From the human T2T-CHM13v2.0 reference genome, Homo sapiens: a stretch of 64,000 bases of DNA. Each line of letters begins with the position of its first letter. Positions within the stretch are counted from its first letter, which is position 1. The notes below the pieces were generated by a model. That model was given only the letters and a program-made list of their open reading frames with translations, was not told the DNA's origin and ran no database searches. Positions 1-14,487 of the stretch are shown here, in pieces. The position numbers were made by a program, and so were the translations under genes. Location of the stretch: the NCBI RefSeq assembly GCF_009914755.1, contig NC_060929.1. One strand, written 5' to 3'.

Positions 1-1571
1 TGAACTAATACTTTTTTCTTCTACATAGTAAGTCAGTTCATACAGTAACTGCTGAATTATAAAGCCACTCAGATGCATTGGTTTTAAAAAGTTTATTGAG
101 CACCTTATATGTGCCAGGCACAGTACTAAGCTCTCAGATAAACAACAAACTTTCTTGATGCAAAGGGAAAGAATTGTTTGGGTACAGTTGCCTCTGAGTG
201 ATCAAGGTGTAATGGATTAGCTCTGTCTCTAACTTACTGTTGTCTCCAACTCATCAAAAGATATATTTTTCTAGGGTTGCATAAATGAAACCAAACTTGG
301 CAGTTTATTCCCTTGATTAGATTCTCATCTAAATGAAGAATGAATACATGTGGCATGTATAAAAAGAGAAGCTTGATCACAATCAAAGACAACTCCAAAG
401 GAATATAATAAAAACAGGCTTAATTTATCAAGGTTTACTCACCAAAGTATCTGCAGGAAGGAAATTAGGAGGAGGCAACACAAGAATTAAATACTCAAAA
501 AGTTAAAAGAAAAGAAACATACAAGGATGGAATAACAGATTTTTCATGGGAATGGTTGAATTATTGCCTTGGGCTCTTAAATGTCCACTAATTTGCCCTC
601 TACACACGTAAGATAGATAATGTGAACATCTGCTTCAGTTGGCCCTCTGCTACATTGGTAGCAGAAACAAGGGAAGAAAGTTCTGGATATCTCCTCATAC
701 CTTCTAAAATTGTGAATTAAAAGAAAGGACTTCTTATTCCAGATCTAAAGATGACAATAGAGATTTCCTGCTATTTACATTTTCTCTCTTTTCTCTAGAG
801 TGCTGTTTATCTGAAGCTATGCTTTATCTGAGCTCCTGCTAGAGGCTATAGAATCTGAGATTTAGAAAGAACGTAGAGTACAAATAGGGTAATTGAAGTA
901 TAGGGAACATAAGTAGTCTGCCTAAGGTCATAGAACTGCCTGGGACAACACAATAATGAGAGGACCCTGTATTCCATGGCCATTGCTGTGGCTAGCTGAT
1001 AATATTGCCCTGTGCATGCATTTTCCTAAAACTAGTTTTATCTGTCAACCCATCTTGTAGTCTTCCCAGCACAGTTTAACATCTTGAAACTTGCCAAAGT
1101 CAGTGCAATCTACCTGTAACCACAAGGATGGCTTTATATAATCAGGTTGTAGCTTATGCTCAGTAGGAACTCCAGAGTGATGTGTTTCAACTAGAAGAGT
1201 CAAGTGATCTGTGATTTGCATGCTTAATTTGGCCTTACCTCACACTGTATCTCCCAACACCAGCCCTCTACCCTCCAGGCTGGTCTCATCTCTGCCGCAC
1301 CTGAGACACATCCATTTCTACCTCTTGGCCTTAGATTCATGCCCTTTAATTTTTGTTCTCTTCATTTTACAGAACTCTTCCTATTCAAAGTCCAACAAAA
1401 GCCCTTCTTTCTAATAACAACTTCCCCTACTGCGCCAAGTCACATAGATTTCTACTGACTCTGAGGTCCAATAACAAAAAGTATGTTGTACCACAAACTC
1501 ATCTACTAGCTAACATTTTTTTTTCAATAATTGTTTTATGGGTTTAATCTTTGCTTCTTCAACTGGGGCAT

Positions 1572-1952
1572 TGATATGGTTTGGCTGTGTCCCTACCCAA
1601 AATCTCGTCTTGAATTATAATCCCCATAATCCCCACGTGACAAGGGAGAAACCAAATGGAGGTAATGGAATCATGGAGGCTGTTTTCCCCATGCTGATCT
1701 CATGATAGTGGGTGAGTTCTCATGAGATCTGATGGTTTTATAAGTATTTGGTAGTTCCTCCTGTGTTCATTCTCCTTCCTGCCTCCTTGTGAAGAAGGTG
1801 TCTTGCTTCCCCTTCGCCTTTCAACATGATTGTAAGTTTCCTGAGACCTCCCCAGCCATGCAGAACTGTAAGCCAATTAAACCTCTTACCTTTATAAATT
1901 GCCCAGTCTTGAGCAGTTCTTTATAGCAGTATGAAAACAAACTAATAATACA
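1572..1952 (+). mobile_element. THE1-family (THE1D-like) MaLR solo LTR
   Basis: Starts TGATATGGTTTGGCTGTGTCCC, contains ATTAAACCTCTT poly(A) region, ends ACTAATAATACA; about 380 bp, typical THE1 LTR termini. Confidence 0.9.
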
Positions 1953-2020
1953 GGGTTGAATAAGGTACATTGTAAAGTCTCTTCCATACTGCAAGTTGTA
2001 TGATTAAAAAATATAACTTC

Positions 2021-2312
<292 letters not shown>

Positions 2313-2399
2313 ATATATATATTTAAGTTTGAAAGCAATTCATTATCATTCTTTTGCCTTTGCCATAGTATTAATATGTAACATACATTGTACCATTTA

Positions 2400-3130
2400 C
2401 AAAATATGTTAAAAATTAGAGGTATAAATCTACAAAAATGAATGTTTTAATTAATAAGTAGAAATTTTGCAAAATTGGAAATAAAATTATATCAAAATAT
2501 GGGGTATATTCAATCTCACTATTAATAAAATGAAAATTAAAATCTCAAGATTTGTCTTGCTTAAAAATTATTTTACTTTTAAAAATAAAATACTTGAAAA
2601 TGGTGTATATATAATTAGATATGCATTTCATATATTGCTGATCAACTTTCCAAATGACATAAGTCTTTGGATAGGAATTTGATAATAAGTACCAAAAGCT
2701 TTAATGGTATTATACACTTTTATATCATAATTCAGGAAGTAACTTGAAATATGGAAAGTGCTTTGTATGCAGAAACATTCCAGCAGTGCTACTTAAAATA
2801 ATGAAAATCTGGAAACAATTTAGATGTCAAATAGTAAAGGAATTGCTAAATAAAATATGAGAACCTTCATGATGTACTATGTAATTAAAATCATATATTT
2901 TGCAAGATATTTCAATTATATGAGAAAAAGCTTGTGTTATAATATTAAGTGAAAAAGGCAGGATTAAAGTTGTATGTGTAATATTATCCTATAAAAAGTT
3001 ATGCACAGAGAAAAGACTGAAAAAGTTAGCAAAATATTAGTAGTTATATTTAGGTACAGTATTATGGGTAGTTCTGTCTCATTTCTATGTTTCTTGGCTT
3101 CTCAAATTTTCAACACTTAGAAAAAATACT
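2400..3130 (+). mobile_element. Old L1ME-type 3' fragment (approximate bounds)
   Basis: Degenerate L1 3' motifs GGAAACAATTTAGATGTC, ATATTAAGTGAAAAAGGCAGG, AAAAGACTG. Confidence 0.6.
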
Positions 3131-3694
3131 TAAAAGTTGGATTAAAAGAAAGTATTTGAGTGAATACAAAAGTTACTCATCTCTTCTTACTTCAGAGGAC
3201 ATACAAAAGTGCTAGTTTTTTGTTCGTGGAATTGTTAGATTGCTTTCTCATTTGTTTGTTTTTCAGTGCTCAAGTTTGCTATTTCGTACCCAATGTTAGA
3301 CTTTGTTTTTGGGAATCTATAGACTGAGAAAAGCCAAGTTGGAAAACAGATGGCTAAAATTAAGTTCTCTCTTCCTGACTCTACTATTTTCATCCTCCAT
3401 TTGGGTGTCAATTAACTTACCTCTTTCTTTCAGATCTAGTAATGGTGTCTATAAAAGGAAAATCTTCAGGTTCCACTTCACCTAGGAAATAAATTAGGTG
3501 TTGAGGCCTCCCTGCCTGTGCTAGTTTCCGGGAATGCAAAACACATGGAACATGAGACAAATGCAAATAAACAACTGAATCAGCAAGCAAGAGATTTGGG
3601 TTTTATAGGACCAACAGGAGCTCAATCTACAAAATAGGTTCATATTATTATAAGTTAGAAAATAAATGCAATATGGGTGGAAAAAGCTGTCACA

Positions 3695-4021
3695 GGCCGG
3701 GCGCAGTGGCTCACGCCTGTAATCCCAGCACTTTGGGAGGCCGAGGCGGGTGGATCACGAGGTCAGGAGATCGAGACCATCCTGGCTAACAAGATGAAAC
3801 CCCGTCTCTACTAAAAATACAAAAAATTAGCCGGGCGAGGTGGCGGGCGCCTGTAGTCCCAGCTACTCGGGAGGCTGAGGCAGGAGAATGGCGTGAACCC
3901 CCAGGGGGCGGAGCCTGCAGTGAGCCGAGATTGCGCCACTGCACTCCAGCCTGGGCGACAGCGAGACTCCGTCTCAAAAAAAAAAAAAAAAAAAAAAAGA
4001 AAGAAAAAGAAAAAAAGAAAA
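3695..4021 (+). mobile_element. AluY, AluYe5-like subfamily, with perfect 15-bp TSD
   Basis: CpG-rich full Alu; GGGCGAGGTGG, GGAGCCTGCAG and GGGCGACAGCGAGAC variants match the Ye5 consensus as I recall it; TSD GAAAAAGCTGTCACA at 3680-3694 and 4022-4036. Confidence 0.93.
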
Positions 4022-4767
4022 GAAAAAGCTGTCACAATTTTCAAGAAAAATATTTTTAAAATAGTAAGTTAACAATAGGGCTCTTTACCTAGGTTTAGTT
4101 TCAACCAGCTTTGTACCCTTTCAACTATTTGAGCCTCTTAATGTCTCTCTGAACATCCCATCAAAAATTATGCCTCAGCTTCCTTCCTCACCCAGCTTAC
4201 TCTCCCTTACCTCCTTTCCCGCTGTCTGAGAGGATGAGTGAGGTGTTTCTCCTCCTATGAGGAGTCCTGTCTTCTACCTATGCCTGTCTTTCCTCCTCCA
4301 TCTGCTCTAGTTCTAACTGGTTCTCTCCCCTCAAGATCTAAATACTCTCTTGAGTCTCTCCTCTTGTAAAAAGTAAATTATCCTTATAACCCTATGTTCT
4401 CCCTCCTCAAGATATCATTCTCTTTCTCTTCAAAATCAAGCTATTTGAAAAAAAATGTCTGTTATCTTTCTTTACCTCCTTATTCCCACTGTCTACCCCT
4501 CAACCCAATGCAAGCAAGTTTTACTCCTTCCACACTTAAACTACTTTCTCTAAAGATCCTAGACCTCCATATCACAAAATCTAACAAACTTTTCACAAAT
4601 TATCTGACTAGAACTCTCTGCTATCACATTGTTTTGCCTTCTAGAAAATCCCTCTTCCTCTGTCTTCTGCTGGTTCTCCAACTGACTGCTCAACTTCTTG
4701 CTACTTCACGGGGTCTTCTTATTTTGTCTACATCTAAAATATGAGTGATACCATTGATATTATTTTT

Positions 4768-4932
4768 ATCAGCATTTCCCAAACATGACTGCATATCAAA
4801 ATTAGCTAGGGAATGCCATAAAATGCAGATGGCTGACTCTCCACCAATGAATCAGAACTTTGAGGACAGGTACTCAGGAATCTACTTTTGACCAATACCC
4901 CAGATAATAATCATGAAGGGTGAAGAGCACCA
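4768..4932. mobile_element. MER5-family hAT-Charlie MITE, degenerate
   Basis: AAAATGCAGAT...GAATCAGAACT...CAGGAATCT...CCCCAGATAAT pattern typical of MER5A/B. Confidence 0.6.
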
Positions 4933-5179
4933 CCACTTTTGATTGGCACTTGGGAGCCTCTGTTCTAGATTATATTTCTTGATAATCCACTAGTTTTCAT
5001 TGTTTTAGCTGCCATGTGTATACTTTAACCCGCCACATACATATCTCATACACTAAGAGGGGTCTACCACTACCACAGTCTTCCAGAGTTTTATCTACAC
5101 AAATTCAGGCACTTTCTAATGTTCTTCTTGTCACCAATACTGCCTACTTCAAGTCCACCTTAAAATCTATCAATAGCTG

Positions 5180-5735
5180 CCTATCCCCTACAGCATAAAG
5201 TCCAAATAAATCTCCTTTACATGGTAAGTAGGAGTCCCCCTGTCTGCTGTTTGCAGTATCATCCCTTGACCTCCCACACAGCATTGTTTCACTCACTTGC
5301 TATAGGGAACCACTTGTAATTCTTTGCATACGCCATACGGTTTCTCACCTCCCTGTCCTCTGTCTTGGACTTTTTCCCCTCTTCCTTTACCCCATAGCCA
5401 TGCTCTTCTTCCTTTGTTTGGGAATGTCTTGCTTCAAGACTCAACTCAGGTGTCATCTCCTCCTGGAAGAGTTTCCTGATTCTCCCAATATCCCAGCCCC
5501 ATTCCCACTGCCAGCCTGACCTAACATCCCTTTTTACTCCCTCCATAATGCCTCCTGAATGCCTCCCACAGTATATTTGTCAAATTACATCAAAATGATC
5601 TGTTTAATTGTACGTCACTGCCAACCTTGCCCTGGACTCTAAGTCCCTTGAGGTTAGAAAACATTTCATGTTTATATATACAATTACAACATAAAATATG
5701 CTTAGTAAATGTTTACTGATTTCTGCTGAATTGAA
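5180..5735 (+). mobile_element. L2 3' region
   Basis: CTTCAAGACTCAACTCAGGTGTCATCTCCTCCTGGAAG, CTAAGTCCCTTGAGG, terminal GCTTAGTAAATGTTTACTGA. Confidence 0.75.
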
Positions 5736-5874
5736 CAGAGAATTAAGAGAAGAAAAGCACATTTTGTCTCCAGACTGAAAAGAATCAAATCATTTCCTTT
5801 GTAGTTTATGTCCATATAAAACCATCATTCTATTCCCTTCTCTTCCTCCAAAATGATAACAGCAATCTATTTTA

Positions 5875-6070
5875 CTAATTCATTCACCAGACATTTACTG
5901 GACACTTGTGGTATGCAATGAACTGTGCTCTAGGGTCCAGGGATGCAGAGATAAATACGATAAAAATCTCTCTCCACGTGGAACTCTCATTCTAGTGGGG
6001 GACAGAGACAAATAACACAATACACTAAGTGCTCTGACAGAATCTCAGAATAGCTGGTGTGGGACCCCCG
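5875..6070 (-). mobile_element. L2 3' end
   Basis: ATTCATTCACCAGACATTTACTG...GGATGCAGAGATAAAT...CTCATTCTAGTGGGGGA is the reverse of the L2 3' terminus. Confidence 0.75.
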
Positions 6071-6379
6071 AGGAGGCAGTAAATGATTCATACACCTAAT
6101 GGCTTCAAAGCCTGTTCCGAGTTATTCTGCTCTTGTGAACACTTCTCTTTAAGTTATTCAAATGCCATTTCATATACTGATGTTTTTCCCCACGTAGAGG
6201 GAAAGGAACATGAAAGTAGACATTGACGGTTCTTTTCATCTCCTTTGTGCATCTAGTCAGAACTTTGTCCCTGTAGAAAAGGCATCTGTAGAATTCCACA
6301 CCTATAAAGTATGCTGTAAATGACCATTGAATGAATAATATGCAGGCGGTCACACTTACATAGAGAACACAAGCCACTT

Positions 6380-6404
6380 TTTATTTCAGCACAAATTTAT
6401 TACA
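6380..6404 (-). terminator. Candidate minus-strand polyadenylation signal (two AATAAA)
   Basis: Minus strand reads TGTAATAAA...AATAAAAAGTGGCTTGTGTTCTCTATGTAAGTGTG: upstream UGUA, two hexamers (plus TTTATT at 6396-6401 and 6380-6385), GU-rich downstream element. Confidence 0.3.
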
Positions 6405-7324
6405 AAATAAATGACATTTTTGGAAATACAAGCATATCATTTGGCTCCCCAAATAGCCTAATTCTTCACTCCCAAGGGTATGGAAATGCCAGAGTACCCA
6501 CTCTTTCAACGCTCACCTTGACCAGTATTTCAAAATGGCACAGTTCAGTCATTGAGCTATAAATTAATTACTTTTCTCCCAGGATTCCATTTCCTCCCAC
6601 CTAAAATAATTTCAGCTCTCTAAAACACAACTCTCCACCCTAATTAAAAGTCCAGGGACCTTCTCATTAATATTGCATAAATGTAGGGTCTGTTGCTTGA
6701 TAATACTTTGCTTTGGTGTTAGCCTCCTGCAGCAGAGAAGAAAGTTACAACAAAAGCTTCCTTTTAGCAACTTTCCTAGCCATACACCCTCCCACTGCCT
6801 CATTATGGTGCCCTTCCTGCCTGGGCAGTGGGAGGTGTCTAGAGCAGTTTCGTCCTGTGAATCATAGGACAGCATGGTGCGTAGTTTGCTGGCCTGAGGC
6901 CCAATATGGAATGAGCCTCTGAGATGTGTCATCATCAGCTTGACTATAACAGATCCATTGAGAGCCTCAGGATAAAATTCCCTGAGTCATCATGAGGAAA
7001 ATAAAATGATAGCAAGATGATCCCCATAAAATCTCTGGTGCAAGCTGCTTACTAGCTACAAAGAAAAGTGGAGTTCATCAAGGCACTGAGCCTTTTATTC
7101 TTTTTAATGTTTTTTTGTCCCATATTAAAGTAAAATCTGCTGTCTGAATACTTGTAAATTTGAGAAGTATTAGAAATGGCATTTCACTGAGGGTTGTAGA
7201 ATGTATGTAGAGACTGCTGTCTACAAATCATTAATTACAAATCATAGTCTGTACTTTGTATCATGAGACCAACTAGGTTCTAAAACATGAACCATTCTGC
7301 CTCTCTAGCAAAAACAAGATAGGC

Positions 7325-7383
<59 letters not shown>

Positions 7384-7391
7384 CAGACAGT

Positions 7392-7444
<53 letters not shown>
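7325..7444 (+). repeat. Compound tetranucleotide STR [AGAT]14 [AGAC]2 AGTT [AGAT]13
   Basis: Counted directly from the sequence. Confidence 0.97.
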
Positions 7445-8699
7445 TAGATAGGAATAGGTAGCTGAAAGAGAGAAGGAAAGGTGAGAGTGAGGAATAGTGA
7501 GAAATTGAGAAAGACAATCCATGTTATAGATCCTGCATTATATTATGTATAGCTTTCTCAATCTGAGCTATAGAACCAAAATTATTATCTCTGGGTAATT
7601 ATGAGCCAGATACCTTCAGAAGTTCCTTTTTAAAATCAACATACCCTTTGGTTCTTTAGTTGCTTTTATTTAGTCAATCAGCCGTGAATTCTAATTTTTA
7701 TTTTCCCACAAAATCTACTGTGAATAGCCTCCTTAAGAAAAATACAAGTGAATTATTTTAAGACCTAATAATACTCTTGGTTTAGATTATTTGGGACACA
7801 ATGAGAATTTAAATAAAATAAACCAGAGTTAAAGTAAAGATCAAAGAGACAAAAGGGAATTGGTAGAGCATCATGCAGATCTTACTTGAGGTAGGTACAT
7901 AAAAGTTGTTCTAATGCGGCTTCAGTAGAACAACTTTTATCCTAGCACCAAGTAAGTCAGGAAGTACCCTCAAGCTATCATTTCTCCCTAATTAACAAGT
8001 GCTACCCAAGGAGTCATTGCCGGCAGACTGTACAAACAGAAGAAAAGCAAGGCATAAAATGAAGAAACTCAATGTTAATTAAAAGAAACATAAACAAGGA
8101 AAATAACAGAGCCAAGAAACCAAAGACTATGAGTAGAAACCAAAACCTCTCAATCCTCTGTCTCTTAGGAAGCAACAGCCCGTTAGCGCCCTTGCAAGGG
8201 AATGAGCCCACTGTGGTGGAGTCATTAACACCCACAAATTGAAAACTGTACACGCCCCTTAGTTTGGAGCAAATTTCTAACGAATGACAAAGAGCAGTTG
8301 GCTTTTTTACATTAAAAATAAAATAACAGCAGAAAAAAAAGTGGGCAAAGAATTTGGATTTTTTTTTTTTTTTGCTTTTCAAGAGTTTTACTGTTTTACC
8401 AATTTATTATAGACATTAAAAATAACAAGCAACAAAATCAAGATCTAGTACAGCATAAATTATAATATTTTTCTGCCATTAGAGAATCATTTTCAATATA
8501 CTCTTTTTCTTTCATATTCAGTGTATATGTGGTAGATAAAATAAACTCCTTCAATGTAGTGCCTTGTTTTAATTCCTTTGTTCTTAAGGAGATATTTTTT
8601 TCTCACTCCATTATAAAACAAGAACTCTAAGATATCCCCTAAACAAAAGTAATTTATGTAAGAGATGTTGATTCGGAGAGATGAAGAGACAAAACTAAT

Positions 8700-8970
8700 C
8701 AGTGGAATATTAAGTTTTGGAATCAGTCATATTCCATATTCCAAAGAATTTGGAGTCAAATTCTGTTTTGGCCATTTTCTAATTTTATGGCCATGAGAAA
8801 CTACTTAACCCTTTTGCATGTCAATGTCAGGATCAAGATAAATGTAGATACTGAAACTCACATTTCAAGGCTACTACTGTGTAAACTAAATGATGAACTT
8901 ACATGTCAGCGTATATAACCACTGTACCTAACTCTAAGAAGGCACTCCTTAAATGTAAGCTTTTTATTAC
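8700..8970 (+). mobile_element. MIR, degenerate
   Basis: TTTTGGAATCAG...CAAATTCTG...CTACTTAACC...AAATGTAG...GGCACTCCTTAAATGTAAGCT. Confidence 0.6.
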
Positions 8971-10419
8971 TTTGTCCCCTGATATGTCTTTAACACCAAG
9001 AGCCTCAGCGAGCTCTAAGAATCAAGGTAAATTACAGTTAGAATTAATCCTTCGAAATGTAGGATAGGGGAGCTCAAAATTTATTGTATAACCTGGTGGC
9101 ATAGTGAGAAGCCTTGAATTTGGCTTATCCTTCTCATCTTAGAGTAAGCAAGCATTGGGTTTTTTAGGAGATCTGGATTTTACTAACCCTGCAAAAATGT
9201 TTCATTAAAAATGCACTCTTCCCAGGATTGTTAGTCTGCTGTTACACTGCCACAAAATGAGAGAAGCCTGTACTAATTCTAGAGACACTCAATTATAGTA
9301 CAAGATTTAACCTTCAGTTTCTGTGTCCAAGCCTAGGCTTTTCCACAGCCATCAGTGAGGTCAAATGAACATTTCAAACCTTATACTCAGAGATTTGAAA
9401 TCCTTTTCATTTTGATGCTTCCTTCTTCAAGGACTCATTCAATGAGCCTCAAAATGAACCCATCACTTTTCCAGCAAGATGTGAATTGTGACACCAACTC
9501 TTAACTGCTAGGACAAAGCAGATACCAAGCTTCATAGCAAATTCAAAGGCTCTGAATATAGAGAAAGAACAAGTGGAGGACCTGACACACAGAAGAAAAT
9601 TCACCTCAGTTCACCAAGATCTCCTGATTATCCAAATAGCTGTTCAGAGCTTGGTATCTGTAACTGGAGCCTGTGCTGAATCATTGCCATTTGTGTGGCA
9701 CCCATCTGGCACCTGGAATTAGATTTTGCTCTCTCTTCATTCAAAATGGTGATAAGGGATGAATGAGGGATTGCACAACAGCAAAATCTCATAAATATTA
9801 TTGTGCTAATAGATGAATTTCTTAGTGAAAATGGAAAATGGCAATTTCTTTTCTAAGGATCGGCTACGCTTTAATCATCTCAGGGCTTATTAGTTCAATT
9901 TTTCAGAAGGACAATGATGCTTGAGAAGCTAGAATTTTCTCTTTAAAAATCTCTTTAATTCACTAAAGAAGTAATATAAGCGAAAGCATATAAATGAAAA
10001 AGTAAAACCAAATTTAATATCTGAAGTAGAAGTAGCTGAATGAAAGAAACTTAGTATTAAAATGGTCTTTCAGTTTCTAACTCATCCAAACTCTGCTAAG
10101 ATGAAGATGATGTCACAACATATCATACCATACCAAGATATTGTTACAGATTATCTCATTCATAAATATTACTAAGGAAAGAGACCCCATATTCCCAGCA
10201 AGAGTTGGGTGCCAACCTAGTTGGCAAAAACAGATGTAATTCCTATTCTTTGCTTATGGCAAGAGAACAGAATTAGAGTATTAAACCAGCTTCAGATACT
10301 TCAAAGTGGAGGCAGGAGAGACAGACACCAAATCATCCCAAGAGCACTCAATTGGAAAATGGCACATGAACCAAAGTCCACTTCACTCCTAACACTATGA
10401 GAACAATCATAATTTTATA

Positions 10420-10625
10420 TTATAATTACAAACGCTTATGGGGCATTTGCTATGTACCAGGAAATGTTCTAATCACTTAAAATATATTAACTAATTCAAT
10501 TCCCACAAAATTCTGTAAAATAGTTGTCATTTTAATATCCAATTTGCAGATGAAGAAATCAAGGTAGAGAAAGCTGAAATAATCATCACAAGATTACATG
10601 GCTAGTAAGTATAAATCCAGGATAT
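10420..10625 (-). mobile_element. MIR
   Basis: GCATTTGCTATGTACCAGG, ATTTGCAGATGAAGAAATCAAGG, ACATGGCTAGTAAGT. Confidence 0.8.
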
Positions 10626-12486
10626 GTATGTTTTCTCCTGCACCCAGAAGTTATTTTATGTTTTAGGGAAGACATCAGAAGTCATTGAAGAGGAGAAAAA
10701 CAGTTCTGATATATAGCTCAACTTTCAATTATTTACATACTGACCCAAAAGAAACTATTCTAATCCCGAAATGAATTAAAGTTTGGGTGTTTTTCCCCAC
10801 CTCATTAATGGGAACAATGGCTCTACAGCTAGAATCTAGAGCTAGAAAATTTGCTATAAGAAATAAAAGCCACATTCTTTAACCATAGCTGAATTTCAGT
10901 CAGTACATTTGACTCTACTGTAGATGACAGTCAATGCAAGTATGCCAGACTTCCAGTATAAGATAGAAATTTCAGTCCATTTATTTCACTCTCCTTGCTC
11001 CCAAATTCACTTAGAAGCAAGAAACAATAGAAAACTCATGGAGAAATGCCATCAATTTAGGGAATTTCTGTAAGACAGTACACAAGATCCATATTATTCA
11101 TGAGTTTACACACTCTGGAATGTGAGAAGAGTTTAATAGTAAGAAACCTATTAATATAACTCATTAAAGTAATAGACCAAGGGAAAAGAAAAACACATAA
11201 TCCTTTCTAAGAATGTCTAAAATGCATGTGAAAACACTTAACACTGAATCCTGATTTTTAAGATTTAATAAAACGGGACCAAAAGTCATATCTTTCTCAA
11301 ATAGCCAATGTCTTGCTTAGTGATCAAAGATGGAAGACATTCTCATTAAAGCCGGGAGCAGCAGAAAAATACCCACTACCACCACCCTCAGTTGCCAATG
11401 TGTTTAAAGTGCTAGCTAATAAATCCCATAAAGGAGAATCATAAATATTGAAAATGATGAGGCAAGTCTATCACTATAGGAAGACCACAGGATTCTCTAC
11501 TTGAAAAACCTCCCAAAAAGAAAGCAAAAAAAAAAAAAAAGAAAGAAATAGAGTTTTTTTTTTTAAGTTAAGTAACTTGGTTGATTACAAATCAATGTTT
11601 TCCTATATACCAACAATTTGAAATATAATTGCTACACACACACACACAACTTAAAAACTAGGCATGAAGAAGCTTTCTTAGGTTTTGTATGCTTGTTTGT
11701 TTAGAAAGGTAGAGGGACTATATAAAGAAATGAACTACAAAACTTCATTGAAGTACATAAAAGGAGACTTTTTTTAAAAAACATGTTTCTAAAGAGGAAA
11801 GCATGTGCAATTCCAATTACATGCAGTTCCGATCTGAATTATTTACCTAATTATTTATATAAAGTTTTGTTATCGTCACTTTCACACATACATGCAAGCA
11901 GAGTAAATAGGATCATGAGTCCCACATTCCCATCACACAGCTACAACAATATCAACATTTTTCCAAACTTGCTTTATTTACCCCCAATTGCAATTCCCCC
12001 TTGTCTCCCATTGCTTGTGTATTTTAAGACCTCATATAAATAAATGTAAATATATCCAGAACATTTCTGAAAGACAATATTAACAAAGGAGTAATTTCTG
12101 TAATAATTATAATAATTGATACTGGCACCAGACTAGAAGAGAATCCAATAGAACTGAACAGAAACACCAAAGAGATACAACTATACATAAGAATTTGATA
12201 TTTGACAGAGTTAACATTTTTTATCAGCATATGGAACACAGGATAATCAATTATACTGGGACAACTTGATAATCATTTGGGAAAATAAGCCTTAAGACTT
12301 ATATTATGCCAGAATAAAGTCCAGATGAATTCAAACTTTAAATATGAAAAAGGAAGCTATGGAAATACTCAAAGAAAATATATGTGAACGTTTTATTTCT
12401 CTAAGGGTGAGGAAGATCTTTCTGAGCACTATATATGCCAGATGCTTTTCTAAGTGCATAAACTATGAATAAAATGATTTCATTAA

Positions 12487-12785
12487 TTTTATTTATCTAT
12501 TTATTTGTTTTTGAGACAGGGTTTGGCTCTGTCACCCAGACTGGAGTGCAGTGGTGCAATCAAACCTGTTGCCTGGGCTCAAGTGATCCTCCCACCTCAG
12601 CCTCCCTAGTAGCTGGGACTACAGGTGCAGGCCACCATACTGGGCTAATTTTTTTAAAAAAATTTTTTAAAGATAGAGTTTCCTCATGGATCCCAGGCTA
12701 GTCACAAATTTCTGGGCTCAAGTAATCTGCCTGCCTTGGCCTCCCAAAGTACTGGGATTACAGGTGTGAGTCACCATCCCCAGCC
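12487..12785 (-). mobile_element. AluJ-family SINE
   Basis: GAGACAGGGTTTGGCTCTGTCACCCAG, CTGGGCTCAAGTGATCCTCCCACC (J-type); imperfect TSD TGATTTCATTAATTTT / TGATTTAATCAATTTT. Confidence 0.92.
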
Positions 12786-13302
12786 TGTGATTTAATCAAT
12801 TTTAAAACAAAAACTTCTATATATCAAAAAATTTTAATATACAATACAACCTGGGAAAATATTACATATTACATATTTTATAGTTAAAGAGGTACAACAT
12901 GGAGAACTCTTAAAAATCAGTAAGGAAAATAAATATGTCCCAGTAGAGAGAGAGAAAATAATCATGAATTTACAAAAAAGGATAAATTAAAAATTTTAAA
13001 TTAATGATATGGAAAAATCAACCATGCGAGAAAACAAATGAATAAAAAATAAAATAAGGAGATGCCTATTTTGTCTATCAGATGGTACATGAAAAGAAAA
13101 AAAAATACAGTTTTGAGGCACTCATTTATTGCCAGAGGGAGTATAGTCAGCATGCTATTTCTAGATATTTGATGTATTTGGCAAATACATCAAAAGCCTG
13201 ATAAACACACATGCCCCTTGAATCAGTATGAAAAAAAGACACATGGATGTGCAAAGATGACAGTCAAAGCCTTGTTCATAATAATAAAAACAATGTGAAT
13301 AA

Positions 13303-13596
<294 letters not shown>

Positions 13597-14487
13597 TAAA
13601 TTAAATACTTAACAATAGCAGATTACCTAAATTAGTATCGCTATAAAAATGCAATGGAATGAGGCTACTACAGATGATAATGTATATGAATATACAGGTG
13701 TTTATTGTAATAAATAGCTGACTGAGGAGCACAGATTACAAAACTGTATGTAGAGTGTGATCCCATTTCTGTACTATGCCTCAACATCTATGGAAAATAA
13801 TCTGGAAGGATATACCTCAAAATTTGATACTATTTAGTACTGGAATTATGGGTGGCTTTTCTCCTTTAATTTCTGTGCCTAATGTAATCTAATTTTTCTA
13901 CAGCGAACACGTGGGCTATTTCTATCAAATATGTTTTTAAGTACAGAAAAAGTATATACAGTAATAGCTTTAAATGTAATTCGTAGCTAAAGATCCAAAA
14001 AAGTTGTAGGTGGAAAGAATGATCATGAAATTTTATAGTCAGAATTGTGTTGATGCTTCTCATATGAAAGATGGTGCAGGTATCCATGCCTTAACTGGAG
14101 ATAGGATGTAATATTTATGCCCTAGCCACCATCCTATGCAAGGTAGGCTTTGAAATTCAAGCATAATTATAGAAATTCAAACTTAGAATCATTTCAGTCA
14201 GTTCTGAGTACTAACAAAGTTAATGAACACAAAAAATCTTGAAAGCAAAAGATTAACATGTTTATAAAAATGAATAATTTTTAAATTTGCCAATTATTGT
14301 TCCTGAAGTGAGCATTAGTTTACATCTTTAAGATGCAAAGTTTCATTGATTGAATTAACTGTATACAAAAGCACTTGCCAGCACATTTTTCTGTAAATTA
14401 AAAGAAGAAAGCACCACATTGTTTAAGGGTAAGCAGGCAGGAAACAGCCAGGTGCTGTCTCACCTCTCACTATAGCCTGTGGTGTCT

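Noticed and set aside
7305-7517. Repetitive ORF (LSIY)n and array-like appearance
   Set aside because: This is the translation of the AGAT microsatellite. There are no spacers, so it is not CRISPR-like; no repeat-spacer array was seen anywhere in the window.
8183-8200. TAGCGCCC CTCF-like half plus 12-bp palindrome CCCTTGCAAGGG
   Set aside because: Only half of the CTCF core matches, and a 6-bp-arm palindrome is expected by chance.
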